DNA of 63,954 nt, filler included, from Stramenopiles sp. TOSAG23-2 (GCA_900128395.1; 3 parts of 3 records of this genome joined end to end with filler, not necessarily neighbours in it); one strand, 5' to 3'; positions 34,278-47,024 are shown, counted from the first letter of the whole stretch. The notes: generated by a model from the sequence alone, not told the origin. Program-made: numbers and translations.

Positions 34278-36488
34278 TTAAACTTTGTTATCATCAATGC
34301 TACATAATCCATCAGCATCACAAAATGCATCTGGGCCATGAGTAAGTTGATCCGTTGCATCGTAATTTAACGATGATTGAAAATCAACATCTTTTAATTT
34401 TGAGACTAATTTATTATATGTCTCTTCTTTTATTTCTTCATAAGGCATTTGAGCATATGCACCTAATGGTACACGTGGCAAAAAACTAATGCCTTTCAAT
34501 TGGTATTGAAAAACATCTAATGCTCTTGGCAAGTCCTTTCCTTCCGTTTCAGGATCAAAGGTAATAGTACAACTCACTTGATTATCAGCCCAATAACGTT
34601 GCAAAAATGCTGCCAAGGATAATTGTTCCCACATTGTTACATCAGATACAGTACGAACACCGTCACCAGCATCTACTGGTATTTCAACTACAACGGTGTC
34701 ATTTGGGCTATCAACTGCTGGCTCAATATTATACCCAGCTTCTTCTAATGGTTTTAACAATGGAGAATCATGACCAATACGTATTCGTCTTAAATAAAAC
34801 CTAGATTCCGGAAAATGAACTCCTGGTGTTGCCCCAGCCAACAACGAAACAGTTCCACTTGGTTTGATAGAAGTACATTTGATTGATTCAGGTACATCCA
34901 TCCATTTTGACAATTCTTTATCTACACCACGAACTGTTTCATAACCTTTATCACACCATGTCTTCAATTCATCTAGACCATTCCTTGCAACAAATTGAGC
35001 TATTCCACTCATGCTACAACCAATCCTTCTGTTTCTAGACATGACTTCGTTTGTACGCTCCCAATGCGTTTCCCCTAAAGTAACAACTTTCGCATACAAA
35101 TATGCATATTTTAACGTCTCCATGTATTCATCTATATTTTCATGACGTGCTGGAAATGTTTCAACTAAGCAACACATTTCAAACGACTCTAAAGATTGTT
35201 CTAAACATGGGTTACCACCCATAACACGATGGTCCACATAATTTGGTGGATCCTTCATCCTGCCATAATCCCTCATATTTTCTAACCATGCGAATCCAGG
35301 TTCACCGTTTTTTACGACTCGTTTACATACGTTATCGTACTCCATTCCTAAATTAGCAAATATACTATTGTTACTTGTCCATCCATATTCCATTCGATGC
35401 GGATTAATTTCATAATCTTTTAAATCTATGTATTCCTCACTATCAGGTTCTCCAAATGCAATTTCTGCAGTACGACGTACATTTCCACTAACAACACATT
35501 TCCCAATATGATTCATTAAATCTACAATTGATGTGACTGTTAATTTCTGTCCGATCAATGGATTTAGTGTATTTTGCAAACGTTCATGTAATTCTGCAAG
35601 AACTTGATATCCAGAGCTTACACCACCAAAACCTTTAATTGGTGTGCCAGCAGGACGAAGTAAATCATATGAAAATTTAATTTGTTTTTGATTTGGTACA
35701 AAATATGATTGTAATAATAAACGTGTTGATTCAACCCATCCTTCCCTTGAATCTGGTACCTGAAATACTTCTGTATGTTCCTCATAATCTCCTTTCATCT
35801 TGCCAGGTTGATACACATCGATTTTACCAGCCGCATGCGTATCAAATCCGACACCAACACCTAACATACTTGCATCCATTAAGAATGTATAAGGCATCGT
35901 TGGATCATCTTCGATAGTAATTTGATCTCCAGTGCTGACAAAAGCACAATTATTCAGAGCAGCATATAAACCTCTTTCCTCCGTGATAGGCGAACCCATT
36001 GCCCACAAACCACGGCCAGGTGGCAAAAATTTCATCTCATATACCAGCTCATACATTCTTTCAGCAAGTTTTTCAGCTTCATCGATATCATAATCTAAAC
36101 CTTTTGCTAACATATATTTTTTTTGCATATTGAACGTCCCATTAATAACTCGTTCAACTGTTTGATACCATTCTTCCATTCGTCCATTTTCAAGCTCTCT
36201 AGCATATGTCCGACGATATACAAGTTCACCAAGCCCATTAAAACCAAATGGTGGTTTCCTATCCGCAAATTGATCGACGAATGCTGTACTTAATTTAAAC
36301 CTTTCAAAGTTTGCTGAATCCTTCATTTGGTGATGAAAGTTATTTATTGGTAAAGTCGAATAATAGTTTACAATTTTTTTACCATATTTATTACTAATTA
36401 AATGGTTATTCCATCTTTTATTTGTATCATTACGTCGTACAATTATTGTCCTTGACGACGATGCTATACGTCTAAATGAATTTATCAT
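34278..36488 (-). CDS. nrdJ: Class II (adenosylcobalamin-dependent) ribonucleoside-triphosphate reductase, monomeric RTPR type, with N-terminal extension
   Basis: Motifs GLGELVYRRTYAR, PPGRGLW, ALNNCAF, SGNVRRTAE, GGNPCLEQ (thiyl Cys), CCLVE, IKPSGTVSLLAG, DNQVSCT and C-terminal CDADGLC. Confidence 0.93.
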   Translation of the reverse strand: MINSFRRIASSSRTIIVRRNDTNKRWNNHLISNKYGKKIVNYYSTLPINNFHHQMKDSANFERFKLSTAFVDQFADRKPPFGFNGLGELVYRRTYARELENGRMEEWYQTVERVINGTFNMQKKYMLAKGLDYDIDEAEKLAERMYELVYEMKFLPPGRGLWAMGSPITEERGLYAALNNCAFVSTGDQITIEDDPTMPYTFLMDASMLGVGVGFDTHAAGKIDVYQPGKMKGDYEEHTEVFQVPDSREGWVESTRLLLQSYFVPNQKQIKFSYDLLRPAGTPIKGFGGVSSGYQVLAELHERLQNTLNPLIGQKLTVTSIVDLMNHIGKCVVSGNVRRTAEIAFGEPDSEEYIDLKDYEINPHRMEYGWTSNNSIFANLGMEYDNVCKRVVKNGEPGFAWLENMRDYGRMKDPPNYVDHRVMGGNPCLEQSLESFEMCCLVETFPARHENIDEYMETLKYAYLYAKVVTLGETHWERTNEVMSRNRRIGCSMSGIAQFVARNGLDELKTWCDKGYETVRGVDKELSKWMDVPESIKCTSIKPSGTVSLLAGATPGVHFPESRFYLRRIRIGHDSPLLKPLEEAGYNIEPAVDSPNDTVVVEIPVDAGDGVRTVSDVTMWEQLSLAAFLQRYWADNQVSCTITFDPETEGKDLPRALDVFQYQLKGISFLPRVPLGAYAQMPYEEIKEETYNKLVSKLKDVDFQSSLNYDATDQLTHGPDAFCDADGLCSIDDNKV

Positions 36489-36734
36489 TTTTTATTGTTC
36501 TTATCGATGAATTATTTAATACTATCTTTGTTTTGATTTTCTCACTTCGTTAATAATCTATATACGCGTTTATATTGCTTCTTGTAGAGTTCTTAGTTTT
36601 TCGATTGAATATATACTTTCCATTCTATATATATTATTCTATATATATATACGTATTATCATTAAGTATACACAACACCTAATCGAGACTTTATATTTTT
36701 GTAAGCACAACTCAAGTATATAACTAAAGATAAT

Positions 36735-37727
36735 ATGAAGAAATTTTTGACCATTCCAAAAGGGCGTCATTTATTATCATTAAAAGATTTCAACGCACCA
36801 GAAATATGTGAATTGTTACGTGTTGGACATGAAATCAAATCAAAACATGCTAATCGTTATGATGCAGCTGCTGTGGAAAACTTAGAGAGATATCACAAAC
36901 CATTGTCAGGAGAAAGTTTAGCTATGATATTTCAAAAGCGTAGCACGCGGACCAGGGTGTCTAGTGAAACTGGTTTTAATATGTTGGGTGGACATGCTTT
37001 GTTTTTAGGTAGCGATGATATACAACTTGGTGTAAATGAATCCATTTTGGATTCTGCAAGAGTCTTATCACGTTTTAATAGCATTATATTAGCACGTGTT
37101 TTTGGACACGATGATGTCGTTGAAATTGCAAATGAATCAAGTGTTCCAGTAATTAATGCATTATCTGATAAATACCACCCATTGCAAATATTGGCGGACT
37201 TAATGACACTCCAAGAGAATATGGGAAATGATTTATCTGGCATGAAAGTTGCATGGGTCGGTGATGGGAATAATATTTTGCACTCCTTAATGGTAGCTTT
37301 ACCAAAATTAGGTATTGACTTGGCAATTGCAACACCTAATGGTTATGAACCAGATGATGATGTTATGGCAATAGCAAAGCAAGACGCTGCAACACATGGT
37401 ACATTTTTAGAACATACGACAAATCCACTTGACGCTGTTGCAAGAAGTGACGTAGTTGTCACAGATACATGGGTGTCAATGGGACAAGAGGATGAAGCAG
37501 CAAGACGATTGAAAGATTTTGAAGGATATCAAGTCACTAAAAAAATGATGGAGAAGGCCAACCCAGATTGGCGATTCTTGCATTGCTTGCCACGAAAACC
37601 ATATGAGGTTGATGATGATGTCTTTTATGATGATAAAAGGTCATTGGTATGGGATGAAGCTGAAAATAGGATGTGGAGTGTCATGGCAGTGTTTATTACC
37701 CAATTACGTGGATCAAATACAGTATGA
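36735..37727 (+). CDS. OTC: Ornithine carbamoyltransferase
   Basis: Motifs KRSTRT, HPLQ, GDGNN, DTWVSMG, FLHCLP and EAENR. Confidence 0.95.
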   Translation: MKKFLTIPKGRHLLSLKDFNAPEICELLRVGHEIKSKHANRYDAAAVENLERYHKPLSGESLAMIFQKRSTRTRVSSETGFNMLGGHALFLGSDDIQLGVNESILDSARVLSRFNSIILARVFGHDDVVEIANESSVPVINALSDKYHPLQILADLMTLQENMGNDLSGMKVAWVGDGNNILHSLMVALPKLGIDLAIATPNGYEPDDDVMAIAKQDAATHGTFLEHTTNPLDAVARSDVVVTDTWVSMGQEDEAARRLKDFEGYQVTKKMMEKANPDWRFLHCLPRKPYEVDDDVFYDDKRSLVWDEAENRMWSVMAVFITQLRGSNTV

Positions 37728-37918
37728 TATTGTGAAATATTTCAAATGATATATCATAATTTAATTTATGCATAACTTATGATCATATTTTTTAATTTAC
37801 TCACTGATATATAATATAAGAATTTACACACATGTATATTATATTTAATATATGACAGCTAGATATAAATTACATATTATAAATATGATATATATATGAC
37901 AAAAAAAACAACAAATTT

Positions 37919-40900
37919 TCACGTGAACTCCTCCATTAAGTTAGTACTTGCAACTACTCTCCTATGTTGTGCTTCCTGATGATTTCGAACCAAAGCTTCT
38001 TTCTCTTTCTTCATTTTTTCAAGCAAAACATTACATTTATTCTTTTCAATTTTAATTAATTGTTCTGTAGTCTTATAGACTTTTTCCAATTGCTTTTTAT
38101 GATGCTTACGTGATTTTGCTAGTTGATCATGTAGACTTTGAACTTTCTTATCTGGATCTGTTTGAACTTCTGCAGCAGCTGTACTACTTTTCTTACCATT
38201 TCCTGGTTTATTACCGAACATTGATTTACGTTGATACATAGCAATTGCAGTAGCAGTAATGGATGCCAATGGTTGCAAAGATTCAATATCACTTGTCTTA
38301 AACTCAGCAGTATGATTTATGCCATATATGACACCGACTGTTTTACCATCTTCCATATTAACACATGGAACACAAATTAAATTGTTCGTTTGACATGATG
38401 ATCTTACATCTAAAAAATTATTGAAGTTTTTATGCGTTTGGGGAGCATTTGTAATAATTGGTTGTCCATCGGAAAGAACAATGCCAGGAATTCCTTGGCC
38501 TAAGCCGATACGATGCGGATGAAGCTCATCTTGCACATAATTATACGATACCAACTGTTTTTTAATTTGATCAAAAACAAATATGTAGACCTTCTCACAC
38601 GATAAAATTTGACACGCCTGCTGACTCAATTTTTTATGCGGAACATCGATACTGCTCATTAAAGCACATGTTGCGCCAACTAGTAAGCTTGTATTCTTTC
38701 GTGATTTTTTAACCTCGTTCATATTTCCTGCCATTGTTTTTTCCAAGTTTTCTTTCATGCGTTTATTTGTCACTTTTCCGACACTAATTGCATCAGTCAT
38801 TTTCTTAACTCTTTTAATATGTATTAACGCAGCGCTTATACATGCTGCTAAATTTGAAGCTAGTATTTCATCAGTATCGGTAAAACCATTGCTATCATCA
38901 TATTTGTCTTCATCTGAACCATACTCTACATTGCGCTTATTAATTAAATATAGCACCCCAGAAGGGTTACCACGAGAATCTTTAAATGGCACAGCTAATC
39001 CGTTTCTTGCTGCACAAGAAATTGCGCGGTCGTATTTATTTTGATATCGTCGATCTGATGCTGTATTTTTTATATTAATTATTAGACCTTTCTTCACTGA
39101 CGACCCAATACAACCAACACCAAATGGAATTTTATCTCTAGCCCTGCCATCGACCGAGCATATAATTTCCTCTAGAAATCTATCATTTGCAGGATCAATT
39201 GAAAATAGCACCATTTCATCCACTGGCAAAAACTTGTGTATTGATAGTAAGCGATCACGGATATTACTAACAGCTTTCGATCCAATGATCAATAGACACA
39301 ATGACATACACTCGTTTAATTTTTCCACGTTTCTCTTTGTATCTTTAATATTAATTAATAACGAATTTGTCTTTACCTCGTTGTTGTTATTTGCATTTAA
39401 TAACTTTTCATGTGCAACAATATTGTCCGTCAATGATCGATCTAATTTTAAAACTGTTTTGTACATTAAAATTCGCAACAATACTAAGCTAACAATATCA
39501 GACACATGTTTCAAAATATCTATATCATCCAACGAAAACCCTGTACCTTGTGATTCATGTACTGCTTGCTTATTTTTAAATAAAGCTATGACCCCAAACA
39601 CTTTTGCTTTTTGGCCATCTCGTTTAGTAGAAGGACGAAAAAGTGGCATTCCTAGAAATGTTACCGTTTTACGCTGTTGGATGTAATCATTTGAAGTGCT
39701 AAAGCGCGAATCATCTGAAACATCATCAATGCATAAAGGTTGTTCGGTGCTAAAAATATGTTGGTACAAAGTTGGCTGTTCCATGGGTATTTCTACATCT
39801 TCTTCTTCGTCGGCTAGTTTCTTCTTCTTTTTTTTACTGCTAGATTGGTTTTTTCTATTATTGCTATCAATTGCATCTTTTATCCACCACATATCTATAG
39901 ATGACGAGTGGAAAAATTTTTCACAAAATGATTGCACACAGCGTCTCAAACCTTCTACATTTATTTGCTTAAAGAATATTTCTGTAGATTTTAAAAGGGC
40001 CGCTTTTAAACGAGTTACGTTGCTCAATAAATTCGTCTGTAAATTGTACGACTTGTCAATCTTTTTGGTCAGCGAATCACGTTCTGCTCTACATTCATTT
40101 AAATCAACCTTTAATTGAGTTATAACACCAGCCTGTACCGCCATAAAATAATTAAAGTTAAACGCGGCTTCCAATGCTTCTGAAAAATGTTTAGCATGTT
40201 CTATATCTAATTCAGTAAACCTCCTACTGTCACCCTCTTTCTCGTCAATGTCATTTTCCTCCTCCTCCTCAGTGTTTCTTTTTTCCCTTGTTAATTTTTC
40301 ATCAGCTTCTTGAACAAAAAGGACAATGCCTTCATGGTTCTCCATGAAGTTGACATCCCCTTCAGGGTTCAATTTCATGGCAAGAACATATTTTATAGAA
40401 CCAACGTATTGAGAACCAATTGCTTGCTCCAACTCAACAATATTATACCCATCAGCTTCCACTTCTCCAAATATATGTATAGTTTCTTCATGATTTTGTA
40501 AAATATCAATAAGTTTCACAGGTGGAGACACATAACAGGGTTCGCCACTGTCACTGCCTCTAACAGGATAAAAGGTATACTTTCTTTCTTCTTTTTGCCT
40601 AATTAAAATGAACGCACACGAGCATGAAATAACGTGATGAAACATGCGCTGAAAGATCATATGAACGCTTATATGCGTTGTTCTCAACTTTGTAGCTTCA
40701 ACAACTTTCCAGAGAAACGATTGGAGTTCAATTTTAATTTTTAACCTATGTTGTTCTTTTTCAAATAATTCCAAAGCTACTTCATTTACATGGTGCAACT
40801 CTTTTATTGCCAAATCGCTTTCGTTTTTAAATTCACTCAGTACATCTTCACTTTGATTCTTTAACTTTTCCACAGCAATTTCATGTTCATGTATGATTTC

Positions 40901-43511
40901 TTTTATTTTGCTCACTTTGTTATCTCTATCGTCCGTGATACTCTTCAGTTTTAACATCCTCATCTCCCTTTCTAGACGTACGACAATGATATTTTCTAGC
41001 TCTGGAATAATAAATTGTATGAATTTTTCATCATCCTTGCTTAAAGGAGCATCTGTATTAGTGAAAAATTGCATGACTCCAATGCATACAGGATATTTAA
41101 GAGACGGAAATAGTTCCTTTAATTCAGTCATTGATGACATTATTGGAAAGCAGCGAAGACAAAATATGTCTGACAAAGAAGGAGTAGGAGCGGGCATATC
41201 ACACTTCGAAAATGAACTGAAGTGCATCGAGGACGATTCACTAGAATCGACTTGTTTTCCTGTCTGGATAGCTTTGCCAACCAAACCTTCTCCAGGTTTA
41301 CACGAGCGATCAACTGCAGTGTATTCAATGATGTTTTGCTTTTCCATTTTACATACATAGAAACGAATTGTTTTAGCACCAGTTATTTTGCAAATCATAT
41401 TGCATAAAATAGCGGACAAACGATTAAATGGAATTGGCAAACATAAGCGCAAGGCTTCTTTCAAAACTTCTTGTGTCGCCCGAGCAGCTTTCGTCTCGTT
41501 GACATATGTAGTACGTAGATTTGCCAATGCCGCGGATATCTCTTCTTCTTTTCTTTTATCCTCATTGCTTTGGTTGATATAATTCATCGTAGTTCCCAGT
41601 ATAGAAGTAAAATGATTGATAATTTTCATTAAAGCTTGTGAATAACGTTTTTGTTGTTTTTTTCTCGATGATTTCGAATCATCTGTCTCGCTGCCCTCAG
41701 TAGATTTTGCTGTACCCCTAATTTGTAATAGCGCTATCATTACATCTTTGACTATGATAGGTGCAACAATGATGCCGTCTTGTATCGATGTGAAAATAGG
41801 TTTCTTCGAAACCATTACTCGACTCATACTATCAGACATCCTATTTATTTGTCGTTCCTTCATAGTCGAAGGATCAACATTCCATACGGTGTCTTCATCT
41901 TTTACCAGAAAAATTTTGGTATTACATCGAGATGATTGAAACAAACTGCACATGGCTGTACTTGTAAATTCGTACAATTCACCAAAATTATTCGACTTGA
42001 TAATATTGTTGTATCCTTGGATAGCATTTTGCAACATGATAATGTCTTCCTGTAGCGATTTACCATTTACCGCATTCAGTTTCAGCTCATTATATTCCTC
42101 TGAGAAATTCATAATTTCAATCTTAGAAGCAATTACAGATGCAATTCGTAACAACGTATTTCTATCATCCGCAGTTAAAGTGTGACCACCACGCTTCCCA
42201 CCAACCCTTATAATGCCTAGAATTCTTCCCCGTGACGATACTAATGGTACTAAAAGCATTGATGCTATTTGATTATTACGGGAAATTCCATCTGGCAGTT
42301 CATACTCCAATGTTTTTGCAATATCTGAATCAGTAATTAACCTATCACTACCCTCTTTGTACGTATCTAATAATATGCCCGTAAGTTCAACTTTATTATG
42401 AAAAGATCCATCATTCCCTTTGTATGAAACAAAAATTGGATCAGTGGATATAAGTAGTAAGTCAGCAAAACAATTACCAATTAGTTTTTGAACTTCATTT
42501 TTAGTGCATGTATACATGTTTTCTTCATTTAAAGTTTTTGAAATCACACCCAAACTTCTGAGAGCTCGATCACTCGTCCTGAGTTTTGACATATGTGCCT
42601 CTTTTTTCGAAAGATTATTTTGCAGCTCTGTAATTTTCTCCTTACAGTCAGCTAAAGAACTCAAAGGACCTTCTAATAAAGTTATTTTTGAGCATATTTG
42701 CAATGCAAATCCATGTACAATTTGTTCATCTATTGATGAAAATGTAGCACCGAAACGCTGCTTGTACAAGCACAAAATGCCATATGGAAGCCTTTTGTTC
42801 AAATGCTCCACTGGAATATACAACAGTGAATTTGGCCCTGAGACATCATCATACCTATCTATTTCATACGAAAAATGTTTATGATCTTCCACGTTCCTAT
42901 TCAATCTAATGATTTCTTTTTCCCGAAATGCATGTGTAACGAGGCTTTTTTTATCCAAGCGAATTTTCAAATTGTTTGGGCCTTGTAAATACTCTTTTTC
43001 GTATTTAAAAAAGGTAACTTTATCAGCAGTACAGAAATTGTTTATTTTATATCTCAAAAATGAGCAAAGTGAATCCATCGTGGAACATTCCGAGAGCTCA
43101 TTGGAGTAATTCATCGAGGATACATTTTTTGCAGACGCATTTTTCAGATCGTTAGCCATTATTTCTACCCTCAATTTTTCTGTATTTAGCAATAATATAT
43201 GCTCCCAGCATAGTGATAAATGATACATTAACCTCTCCAACAACTTATCTTCTGCAGGTAGGAAATTTCTTCCAGAAATTGTACGTCTAAGAAGAATGCA
43301 ACCTGATGCAGCGACCTTGGTGGAGGATGATTGATACAGTAAAGGTTTGCAAAGCATTGGACAAGGGTCATCCCCAGCAATAAAACCGTCTATACCTTCG
43401 TCGTAAATATCAGATTGCTTTGCATTGCTTAAATTTAATGTCTGACTTGTCTCGATAACATATCCAACGACACCAATCCCTGCCACATGTCTTTTTTTTT
43501 GAACCTTTCCT
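37919..43511 (-). CDS. Very large multi-GAF-domain coiled-coil protein, 5'-partial
   Basis: Several GAF signatures (GIGVVGYV, LLVPLVSSRGRILGII, AVPFKDSRGNPSGVLYLINKR...FTDTDE, GQGIPG) separated by coiled coils. The predicted start lies in chimeric sequence. Confidence 0.85.
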
Positions 43512-43566
43512 AATGGTCTGATATAATTATATTGCATAATAAAACTAGTTCATTACGTAATAAATA

Positions 43567-43666
43567 NNNNNNNNNNNNNNNNNNNNNNNNNNNNNNNNNN
43601 NNNNNNNNNNTTAATTAATTAANNNNNNNNNNNNNNNNNNNNNNNNNNNNNNNNNNNNNNNNNNNN
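43567..43666. other. Artificial contig linker
   Basis: N44-TTAATTAATTAA-N44. Confidence 0.98.
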
Positions 43667-43858
43667 GCTAATCGAATATCTCTCTGGCCCCCTGTGTTGT
43701 GTGCCTTCTATTTTAGGGCCTGTGTTGTGTGCCTTCCATTTTAGGGCCTCAAGCAAGTCAGGGGGCCTGTGATGGTATTTAATGCTAATCGAATATCTCT
43801 CTGGCCCCCTGTGTTGTGTGCCTTCTATTTTAAGCTGGCCAGCTGGCCAGGCTGGCAA
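43667..43858. repeat. Contig-end direct repeat (117-bp spacing) with three CCTGTGTTGTGTGCCTTCYATTTTA subunits
   Basis: GCTAATCGAATATCTCTCTGGCCCCCTGTG occurs at 43667 and 43784. Confidence 0.75.
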
Positions 43859-44148
43859 GTATTATAATTCCATCATCATAGAATAATAATAAAAAATAAT
43901 AATAATAATAAATAAATAAAAATTAATAATAAAAATAAATAAATAAATAATAATTTTGATTGTAGCTTTTATATATTATATATATAATACTTGAAAAAGA
44001 GTCACGTAATGCAAATGCTAATGTTGGTTGGTAAATAATTATATACCAGAGAAATTAGAAATATAATCATAATAACAGGGGAAGAAAAAATTCATTCCTG
44101 TATCGCTTTTTATTAGTTTCAGTTGCATACGTATATATATTATATATC

Positions 44149-44490
44149 ATGAAATTAACGCGTTTTTTGCAAAAGTTAGCCAACGAGACTGTAACAATAG
44201 AATTGAAAAACTCTACGACAGTCACTGGGACGATTGTTGGTGTTGATGTAGCTATGAATACACATTTGCGTGCGGTAAAACTATCAATAAAAGGAAGTAA
44301 GACAAAAACACTCGATAATATGAGCGTTCGTGGAAACACAATACGATTTTTCATCTTGCCAGATAGTCTTAATTTAGATCAGTTATTAATCGACGATTCT
44401 CCAAAAAACCAACCACCAAGAAACAGTAACTCTAATAGTGGTAGAGGTGGACGAGGAAATCGTAGAATGGGTCGTGGTGGTAGAAGATGA
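44149..44490 (+). CDS. SNRPD1: Small nuclear ribonucleoprotein Sm D1
   Basis: [21 protein letters not shown]...[10 protein letters not shown]...[15 protein letters not shown] with an RG-rich tail. Confidence 0.95.
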   Translation: MKLTRFLQKLANETVTIELKNSTTVTGTIVGVDVAMNTHLRAVKLSIKGSKTKTLDNMSVRGNTIRFFILPDSLNLDQLLIDDSPKNQPPRNSNSNSGRGGRGNRRMGRGGRR

Positions 44491-45048
44491 TATTACTATC
44501 AATTATTGCTAGTGTTTACATATATATTATATATACTTATGAGTAAATAAAATCTTTAAATTATAAATAAGAGAATTTTTGTATGATATTTTAATATATT
44601 TTATTTTTTATAAATATCATAATATATATTGATGTGTTATAAAAATCAAAGATATCAATCTCTCCTCTATATGGGTGGGATCATAAATATTATTTTTAGA
44701 TTAAATGATTTCGTATTATGAGACATATAATATCATATGATATCATATATTATATATATATCCATAGACATACGAATATATATTTATGATATCATATGAT
44801 ACACGGTATTTTTATTTTATATTTAAAATATTTTTTTTTTAAAAAATATTATTCTTGCTAATTGCAATTGAGTATTTGAGCATATTACATAACATGAGAA
44901 GTGTAAAATTATTATAACTTTAGATTTTAAACCATCTTTTTATAAATATCATATTTTTCTTTATTTTATAAAAATATATATAAATTTTAAAATACTTGTA
45001 GCAAGACTTGTATTTCTAAGGTCTTTTAGCGCAAATTTCAAGAGAGAA

Positions 45049-46098
45049 TCAAGAACGTAATTCTAAATCTAATTCATCATCAAAATCATCACCAAAGTCA
45101 TCATCGTTAAAATCACCTGTATCAACTAAAATGTCTTTATCTGAAGATTGACTTCTTGTACGCCTTCGTGCACCACCACTGTTATGCTGAATTTGCGATG
45201 AATATGGACCCCCTCCACCAGTTCCCCAATCATCGCTATTGTCATTGCTATCGTTGAATTCATCATCGTCGTAAAATCCACCTGCAGTTGGTATGCCTCG
45301 GTAAGAATATCGAGCTTTATCCGCTTTTTTTTTACGCACCCAACAATATATTATCATTATAAGAAGAGTCATGCCAACCAAAATATAATAAATGTAATGT
45401 ATACTTGGTCTAATATGCGTATTATTATCCACAATTTTTTCATTAACATTTTTACTATCTGTATTCATGATATGCTTTACCTGGTTATTTATTGCAATTA
45501 CACTTTTACCTGTTTTCAAACCTTTAGTCGTTGGAGGAGCTCCATCACTCGGCACAGTAGCCATTAATTTCGCTTGTGCACCATTTTTAACTTTGGTTGT
45601 AGGCGTCACAATTGGTGAGGTTTTCTGAACAAGTGGAGAGGATGATGTTTTAAGTTCTGAAGCTTTATCTTCAGCTGGGGGGTTAGGTGCTGTTTGTGAA
45701 GACTGTGATGTTTGTGGTGGTGGCGGGGGGGGAGGAGGAGGAGGAGGAGATGTATCCACAGCGCTATTGATGCCTGTGCTGCTGCTACTACTACTACTAC
45801 TACTACTACTACTAGAGGTACTTGGAGGATTGAGTCCACTACTAGGCGCTATTGCTGGGACGGTCGTTGCAGGCAGACGATTAGAAGAAACGCCTTCATT
45901 TGTTACCGGTAGTGTTTTTTTTATCCCATCTTTCACCGCTCCTAAATCAATACCCGATCCACCAGTCGGCAACTGCTTTAGAAAAGATCCACTTTTGCGC
46001 AACGAAAGTTTGGTCGCACATATTCTATTTGTATCGCAAAAAAAATAGACAAACACTACCGATAAAATAAAACTGTTTTTTTTGGACCTCAAATTCAT
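45049..46098 (-). CDS. Type I membrane protein with Ser/Pro/Thr-rich ectodomain and acidic cytosolic tail
   Basis: Signal peptide, poly-S and poly-P runs, a TM segment (YIYYILVGMTLLIMIIYCWV) followed by RKKK, a YRGI tyrosine motif and an acidic C-terminus. Confidence 0.75.
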   Translation of the reverse strand: MNLRSKKNSFILSVVFVYFFCDTNRICATKLSLRKSGSFLKQLPTGGSGIDLGAVKDGIKKTLPVTNEGVSSNRLPATTVPAIAPSSGLNPPSTSSSSSSSSSSSSSTGINSAVDTSPPPPPPPPPPPQTSQSSQTAPNPPAEDKASELKTSSSPLVQKTSPIVTPTTKVKNGAQAKLMATVPSDGAPPTTKGLKTGKSVIAINNQVKHIMNTDSKNVNEKIVDNNTHIRPSIHYIYYILVGMTLLIMIIYCWVRKKKADKARYSYRGIPTAGGFYDDDEFNDSNDNSDDWGTGGGGPYSSQIQHNSGGARRRTRSQSSDKDILVDTGDFNDDDFGDDFDDELDLELRS

Positions 46099-47024
46099 AT
46101 TATCGTAAATATATTTAAATAATATTAGATAATAAAAAATAAAATGATATATTTATTATTCTACTAATAATACCTCGTCGGTGTTCGTATATTATTATCG
46201 CGTATAAATGATATTTTTTGTTATCGAATGATGATATTATTGTTTATTAATTTCTCTTTGTTTCAATAATGATGAACCATCTATGTTTTCTACATGGTAT
46301 TATATTTGGTTTGGATAATCAATAAATATTATATTTTATATATTTGTTGATAATATATAAAAAAATATATATACTACCGGTGTATGCCTATATGCACCTA
46401 TTTTAAAGTATTATAGTAGAGTTAATATTAATATATATACCGACCTGGTACAGTACTGTACACTAATAATTTATTGCGAGGAAGAAAAAAAAAAAATAGA
46501 TAAGTTAAAAAAATCCTTAATCTAATACGTATCTACAACAGGCACACAGTACGAGGTACAGTAGCTCTAGCTAGATCTAATACCGGTAAAAGCCGTAGAG
46601 CTATCCAGGCTTTTAGGGGCTGTTAGCTGGCTGGGCTGGTTAGCTGTTGTAATGCAACTAATTAAACTAATTCTAGACTAATAATAGCTCTGATTTCAAT
46701 TAAGGTACAAATGAAAATTTTGATTTTTATAAGATTTGCATTTAGATTTTTGAGCTTGCCAGCTTGATGGTCATGCTGTGGCATGCCAGCATGCCAGCAT
46801 GCACTCCAGCACTCCTGGCACTCATCAACCCATCATCATCAACCCATCACACAGGGCAACCTACTTTGGCTCCACAAAATTTAATTTACCAATATAATAT
46901 GTAGATATATATAGAAGGAGTTTATGAAATGTATATTATTGTCATTAAGTTCGTCCTCTCTCACAATATATCATATCGTGTATTATATATTTCAGCAGCA
47001 GCCTCGTTGCGCAACAAGAGCAAA

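Noticed and set aside
34278-36488. Phage, virus or bacterial contamination as the source of nrdJ
   Set aside because: The gene is embedded among eukaryotic genes with similar composition, has an N-terminal extension, and has no viral neighbours.
43512-43537. Predicted start MQYNYIRP of the 1872-aa ORF
   Set aside because: It derives from chimeric sequence copied from 26356-26408.
43705-43750. TTTTAGGG as telomeric repeat (also single TTAGGG/CCCTAA near 62741 and 63183)
   Set aside because: Isolated copies rather than tandem arrays.
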